A stretch of 64,000 nucleotides of DNA, taken from Alphaproteobacteria bacterium. Its GTDB lineage: Bacteria > Pseudomonadota > Alphaproteobacteria > RF32 > CAG-239. Numbering within the stretch: position 1 is the first letter of the stretch; each line of letters opens with the position of its first letter. Position numbers and translations under genes: made by a program. The DNA is taken from the NCBI GenBank assembly GCA_045613125.1, contig JAZLAM010000016.1, positions 4,699-68,698 on the forward strand. The letters are read 5' to 3'. Under the pieces are notes generated by a model, which had not been told where the DNA came from, did not search any database, and was given only the letters and a program-made list of their open reading frames with translations. Below are positions 60,110 through 64,000 of this stretch, piece after piece.

Positions 60110-60768
60110 TTTTAGTTCATCATAATATTTCTCCACATTCAAGAAAAATTCGCATACTTATGGCGGAAAAGAAAATGTTTTTTGTATTAAAAGAAAAAGA
60201 ACCTTGGAATTTATCACAAGATATAATAAAAATAAATCCATCAGGTGAACTACCTATTTTTATATTTGATGGTAATATTATATCTGGAAATTATCCTATA
60301 ACAGAATTTTTGGAAGAAAGTTATCCTGAATATAGTCTGTTAATAGGGGATAATAAACAAAGAGCAGAAATAAGAAGAATTTGTGATTGGTTTGATACAA
60401 AATTTTATAAAGAAGTTTATCAATATATAGTGGTGGAAAAAATACATAAACGTTTTAAGGATGGTTTACCACCTGATTCTAAAATATTAAAAGCAGGTTT
60501 AAATAATCTGAAATTTCATTTAGAATATATAGAATGGATGACAGAACGTAATAATAATTTAACAGGAAATAATTTTACGTTAGCTGATATAGCAGCAGCA
60601 GCTCATCTGTCGGTAATTGATTATTTAGGTGATATAGATTGGTATAATTATAAAAACACAAAAACATGGTATGCAAAAATAAAATCAAGACCAAGTTTTA
60701 AAGATATTTTAAAAGACACAATAAAAGGTGTCGCTCCATCAAAACATTATAGTAATTTGGATTTTTAA
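60103..60768 (+). CDS. fzlA: GST-family FtsZ-binding protein FzlA-like
   Basis: SPHSRKIR...EK, EPW, NPSGELP, WFD.KF..EV, ADIAAAAHLSVIDYLGDIDW, KSRPSF. Confidence 0.85.
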   Translation: MVVLVHHNISPHSRKIRILMAEKKMFFVLKEKEPWNLSQDIIKINPSGELPIFIFDGNIISGNYPITEFLEESYPEYSLLIGDNKQRAEIRRICDWFDTKFYKEVYQYIVVEKIHKRFKDGLPPDSKILKAGLNNLKFHLEYIEWMTERNNNLTGNNFTLADIAAAAHLSVIDYLGDIDWYNYKNTKTWYAKIKSRPSFKDILKDTIKGVAPSKHYSNLDF

Positions 60769-60769
60769 T

Positions 60770-61234
60770 ATGAAAAAAATATATTTAATAATAGCTTTTT
60801 TATTAACTGTTTCTTCCTGCACTTTCCTTTCAAAAGGTAAAGGTCAAGTAATTTTTCATTGGGAAAAACAAAAAACAGGTATACAAAAATTTTCTAGAGA
60901 TCACTCAGAATGTATGCGTGAAGCTGAAGATTTTAAATTTTTACCTAGTATCAAAAACTGGTTTATTTCTGAAGAAGCCCGATATGATATAAGAGCTGAT
61001 TGGCATTCTGAAAAAGGAATTTGGGCAAGTTATATTCCTTATGAAGGTGCTCAACCTTTAGTTATTAATTCTATCAGAGAAGATAAAGACTCTAGTCCAA
61101 AAAAATATCGCATATGTATGGAAAAAAGAGGATATATACACAGAACACATAATATTCCTAGTGTAACAAATATATTTATATATAAACCTCAAGATATCAA
61201 TCAAGATACTTTATTTGAACAATATTATAGATAA
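60770..61234 (+). CDS. Putative lipoprotein
   Basis: MKKIYLIIAFLLTVSSC lipobox; F.RD..EC...CMEKRGY motif. Confidence 0.75.
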   Translation: MKKIYLIIAFLLTVSSCTFLSKGKGQVIFHWEKQKTGIQKFSRDHSECMREAEDFKFLPSIKNWFISEEARYDIRADWHSEKGIWASYIPYEGAQPLVINSIREDKDSSPKKYRICMEKRGYIHRTHNIPSVTNIFIYKPQDINQDTLFEQYYR

Positions 61235-61260
61235 AAAAACCGCCTTTCGGCGGTTTTTTT
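61233..61260. terminator. Bidirectional terminator
   Basis: AAAAAAACCGCC-TTTC-GGCGGTTTTTTT. Confidence 0.9.
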
Positions 61261-62512
61261 AACTATTCATATTATTGAAAAAATCTTGATTATCTTTTGA
61301 TAATCTTAATTTTTCAAGCAAAAATTCCATACCATCTGTCATACCCATCTGCATCAATACGCGACGTAAAACCCACATTTTTGATAATATATTTTTATCA
61401 ACTAAAAGTTCTTCTTTTCTGGTTCCTGAACGAGTAATATCTATTGTTGGGAATAAACGTTTATCGGTAAGTTTTCTATCTAAAATTATTTCAGAATTAC
61501 CTGTTCCTTTAAATTCTTCAAAAATAACTTCATCCATTCGAGAACCTGTATCAATAAGCGCTGTAGCTATTATAGTTAAAGAACCACCTTCTTCAACATT
61601 CCTTGCCGCACCTAAAAGACGTTTAGGACGTTGTAAAGCATTAGCATCTACACCACCTGTTAAAACCTTACCTGATGACGGAACAACGGTATTATAAGCT
61701 CTTCCGAGACGTGTTATAGAATCAAGTAAAATAACAACATCTTTTTTATTTTCAACTAAACGTTTAGCTTTTTCTATAACAAGTTCTGCAACTTGAACAT
61801 GTCTGCTTGCTGGTTCATCAAAAGTTGATGAAATAACCTCACCTTTAACAGAACGTGTCATATCTGTAACTTCTTCAGGACGTTCATCAATAAGTAATAC
61901 CATTAAATATACTTCAGGATGATTTTCAGCAATTGCATGAGCAATATTTTGCAACATAACAGTTTTACCTGTTCTTGGCGGTGCAACAATAAGACCTCTT
62001 TGTCCTTTACCTTGAGGAGATATTAAATCTATAACTCTTGTTGTATAATCTTTTTCTCCACAAATTATATCAAAATTAAGTTTTTCATTAGGGTATAAAG
62101 GTGTTAAATTATCAAAATTAACTCTTAATTTTGATTTTTCCGGATCATCATAATTTATAGTGTTTATTTTAGTTAAAGCAAAATAACGCTCATTATCTTT
62201 AGGAGCTCTAATCTCACCTTCAACAGTATCGCCTGTTCTCAAACCATATTTTTTAACTTGAGCAGGAGACACATAAATATCATCAGGACTTGCAAGATAA
62301 TTAGATTTTGATGATCTTAAAAAACCAAAACCATCTTGCAAAACTTCAATAACACCATCACCATATATTATATTATCTTCAGATGCTATTTTTTTCATAA
62401 TAGCAAAAACCAAATCCTGTACTCTTAAAGATGATGCGTCTTCAATACCTAAATCTTCTGCCCAATTTAACAGATCTTTAGGAGATTTATCCTTTAATTC
62501 TTTTAAATGCAT
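61259..62512 (-). CDS. rho: Transcription termination factor Rho
   Basis: [45 protein letters not shown]. Confidence 0.99.
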   Translation of the reverse strand: MHLKELKDKSPKDLLNWAEDLGIEDASSLRVQDLVFAIMKKIASEDNIIYGDGVIEVLQDGFGFLRSSKSNYLASPDDIYVSPAQVKKYGLRTGDTVEGEIRAPKDNERYFALTKINTINYDDPEKSKLRVNFDNLTPLYPNEKLNFDIICGEKDYTTRVIDLISPQGKGQRGLIVAPPRTGKTVMLQNIAHAIAENHPEVYLMVLLIDERPEEVTDMTRSVKGEVISSTFDEPASRHVQVAELVIEKAKRLVENKKDVVILLDSITRLGRAYNTVVPSSGKVLTGGVDANALQRPKRLLGAARNVEEGGSLTIIATALIDTGSRMDEVIFEEFKGTGNSEIILDRKLTDKRLFPTIDITRSGTRKEELLVDKNILSKMWVLRRVLMQMGMTDGMEFLLEKLRLSKDNQDFFNNMNS

Positions 62513-62635
62513 ATTAACCTATTATTTTATTGATTGACTAAAAAATGAAAGTTACGAACGTAACTGCTTTCTATATATTAAAAGCTTTTTAATTTGTCAA
62601 ATATTTTTTTATAAAAATCATAATTTTATAAAAAA

Positions 62636-64000
62636 TCAATAAAAAATTATACTATCTTCATTTGCTGAAATATTAACATATGTATTATCTTTAATTTCCG
62701 AGTTTAATATTTTAAGAGCCAAAATATTTTCAATTTCTTGCTGAATAAGACGTTTTAAAGGCCTTGCTCCAAACTCATTATCATATCCGTTTTCGGCCAA
62801 ATATACTAATGCTTTATCATCAATATTTAAATGCACATTATGTGTTGAAATAAGTCTTTTTTGCAAATGTTCCAACTGTATTTTTGCAATATTTCCGATG
62901 TGCTCTTTTTTTAATGCTTCAAATATAATTATTTCATCTAAACGATTAATAAATTCCGGTTTAAAGAAATTTTTCAATCTTTCTCTTATTTCTTTTTTAT
63001 TACCGTCAGAAACTAAATTAGATGTCATAATTAAAAATGTGTTCTTAAAATCTACTGTGCGACCTTTACCGTCTGTTAAATGTCCATCATCTAACACTTG
63101 CAACAACACATTAAAAACATCAGGATGTGCTTTTTCAACCTCATCAAATAAAATTACTTGATATGGTCGACGTCTTACTGCTTCGGTTAAAACACCTCCT
63201 TCATCATAACCAACATATCCAGGAGGTGCTCCTATCAAACGTGAAACAGCATGTTTTTCCATATATTCAGACATATCAATTCTTAAAATTGCCTTATCAT
63301 CATTAAATAAAAATTCTGCTAATGTTTTTGCAAGTTCGGTTTTACCAACCCCTGTCGGACCTAAAAATAAAAAAGATCCTATTGGTTTATTGGGGTCATT
63401 TAACCCCGAACGTGAGCGTCTTACAGAGTTAGAAACAGCAATAATAGCATCTTCTTGCCCTATAACTCTTCTTGCAATAATTTTTTCCATATCTATAAGT
63501 TTTTGACGTTCATTACTTATAAGTTTATCAGTGGGTATTCCTGTCCATTTTGAAACAATTAAAGCAATTATATCAGAAGTAACTGTTTCTGTTGTTTTTG
63601 AATTTTGCTCGTTTTGGCTTAACTCTTCCAGTCTTTTTTCAAGTTCAGGGATATCTTTATATTGAATTTTACCGGTTAAATCATAATTTCCAGTTCGCAA
63701 GGCTTTTTCCATTTCTATTTTGAGTATATCAATAGCTTCTCTTAATTTTGAAGATTCATATACAGAGTTTTTATGAATATTCCATTTTTCATTTTCTTCC
63801 ACCGAAATTTTTTCTTTTTCCGAAATTTGCTCATTAATTTTTTCTAATCTATCAATTGATGCTATATCAGTTTCTTTTTTGAGTGCTTCTCTTTCAATTT
63901 TTAATTGAACAATACTTCGGTCAAGTTCATCTAAATATTCCGGTTTAGAATCAATACTCATACGTAAATAACTTGCTGCTTCATCAACCAAATCTATAGC
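62636..64000 (-). CDS. clpB: Chaperone ClpB (3' part; start beyond window)
   Basis: AIDLVDEAAS, M-domain coiled coil, GPTGVGKTE, RIDMSEYME, GARPLKR. Confidence 0.95.
   Translation of the reverse strand, partial: AIDLVDEAASYLRMSIDSKPEYLDELDRSIVQLKIEREALKKETDIASIDRLEKINEQISEKEKISVEENEKWNIHKNSVYESSKLREAIDILKIEMEKALRTGNYDLTGKIQYKDIPELEKRLEELSQNEQNSKTTETVTSDIIALIVSKWTGIPTDKLISNERQKLIDMEKIIARRVIGQEDAIIAVSNSVRRSRSGLNDPNKPIGSFLFLGPTGVGKTELAKTLAEFLFNDDKAILRIDMSEYMEKHAVSRLIGAPPGYVGYDEGGVLTEAVRRRPYQVILFDEVEKAHPDVFNVLLQVLDDGHLTDGKGRTVDFKNTFLIMTSNLVSDGNKKEIRERLKNFFKPEFINRLDEIIIFEALKKEHIGNIAKIQLEHLQKRLISTHNVHLNIDDKALVYLAENGYDNEFGARPLKRLIQQEIENILALKILNSEIKDNTYVNISANEDSIIFY

Noticed and set aside
62550-62565. 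AGTTACG-AA-CGTAACT inverted repeat upstream of rho
   Set aside because: Short single hairpin with no further support.

Overview
AT-rich chromosomal window from an alphaproteobacterium. The evidence is an alpha-type LexA box at recA, the thiE-like/efp/suhB and zapA gene order, FzlA and RpoH. The G|RSMVE prepilin-like genes, a giant Cys-rich protein and an anaerobic RNR suggest a host/gut-associated uncultured lineage (inference). Most genes are housekeeping: valS, aspS, pheST, proS, alaS, rpmI-rplT, efp, recA, fabI, trxB, tgt, rho, clpB, split nrdD/nrdG, an NAD salvage cluster and 2 tRNAs. The most interesting signals are non-coding. (1) Two dispersed prepilin-like genes each carry a homologous ~200-nt structured leader shaped like a phage C4/CI antisense-RNA module; the antisense and target sequences are copy-specific and co-vary, and a terminator follows. 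(2) A co-varying hairpin with loop NNAGGGCTTAT occurs twice in the NAD-salvage cluster, with pseudoknot and expression-platform potential (candidate riboswitch). (3) Clusters of GTCA..TGAC palindromic elements with variable co-varying stems sit beside exported-protein genes and bracket a 1.28-kaa Cys-rich gene. (4) A large structured leader precedes a LysR gene. All protein calls come from motif recognition by eye; no database search was run.
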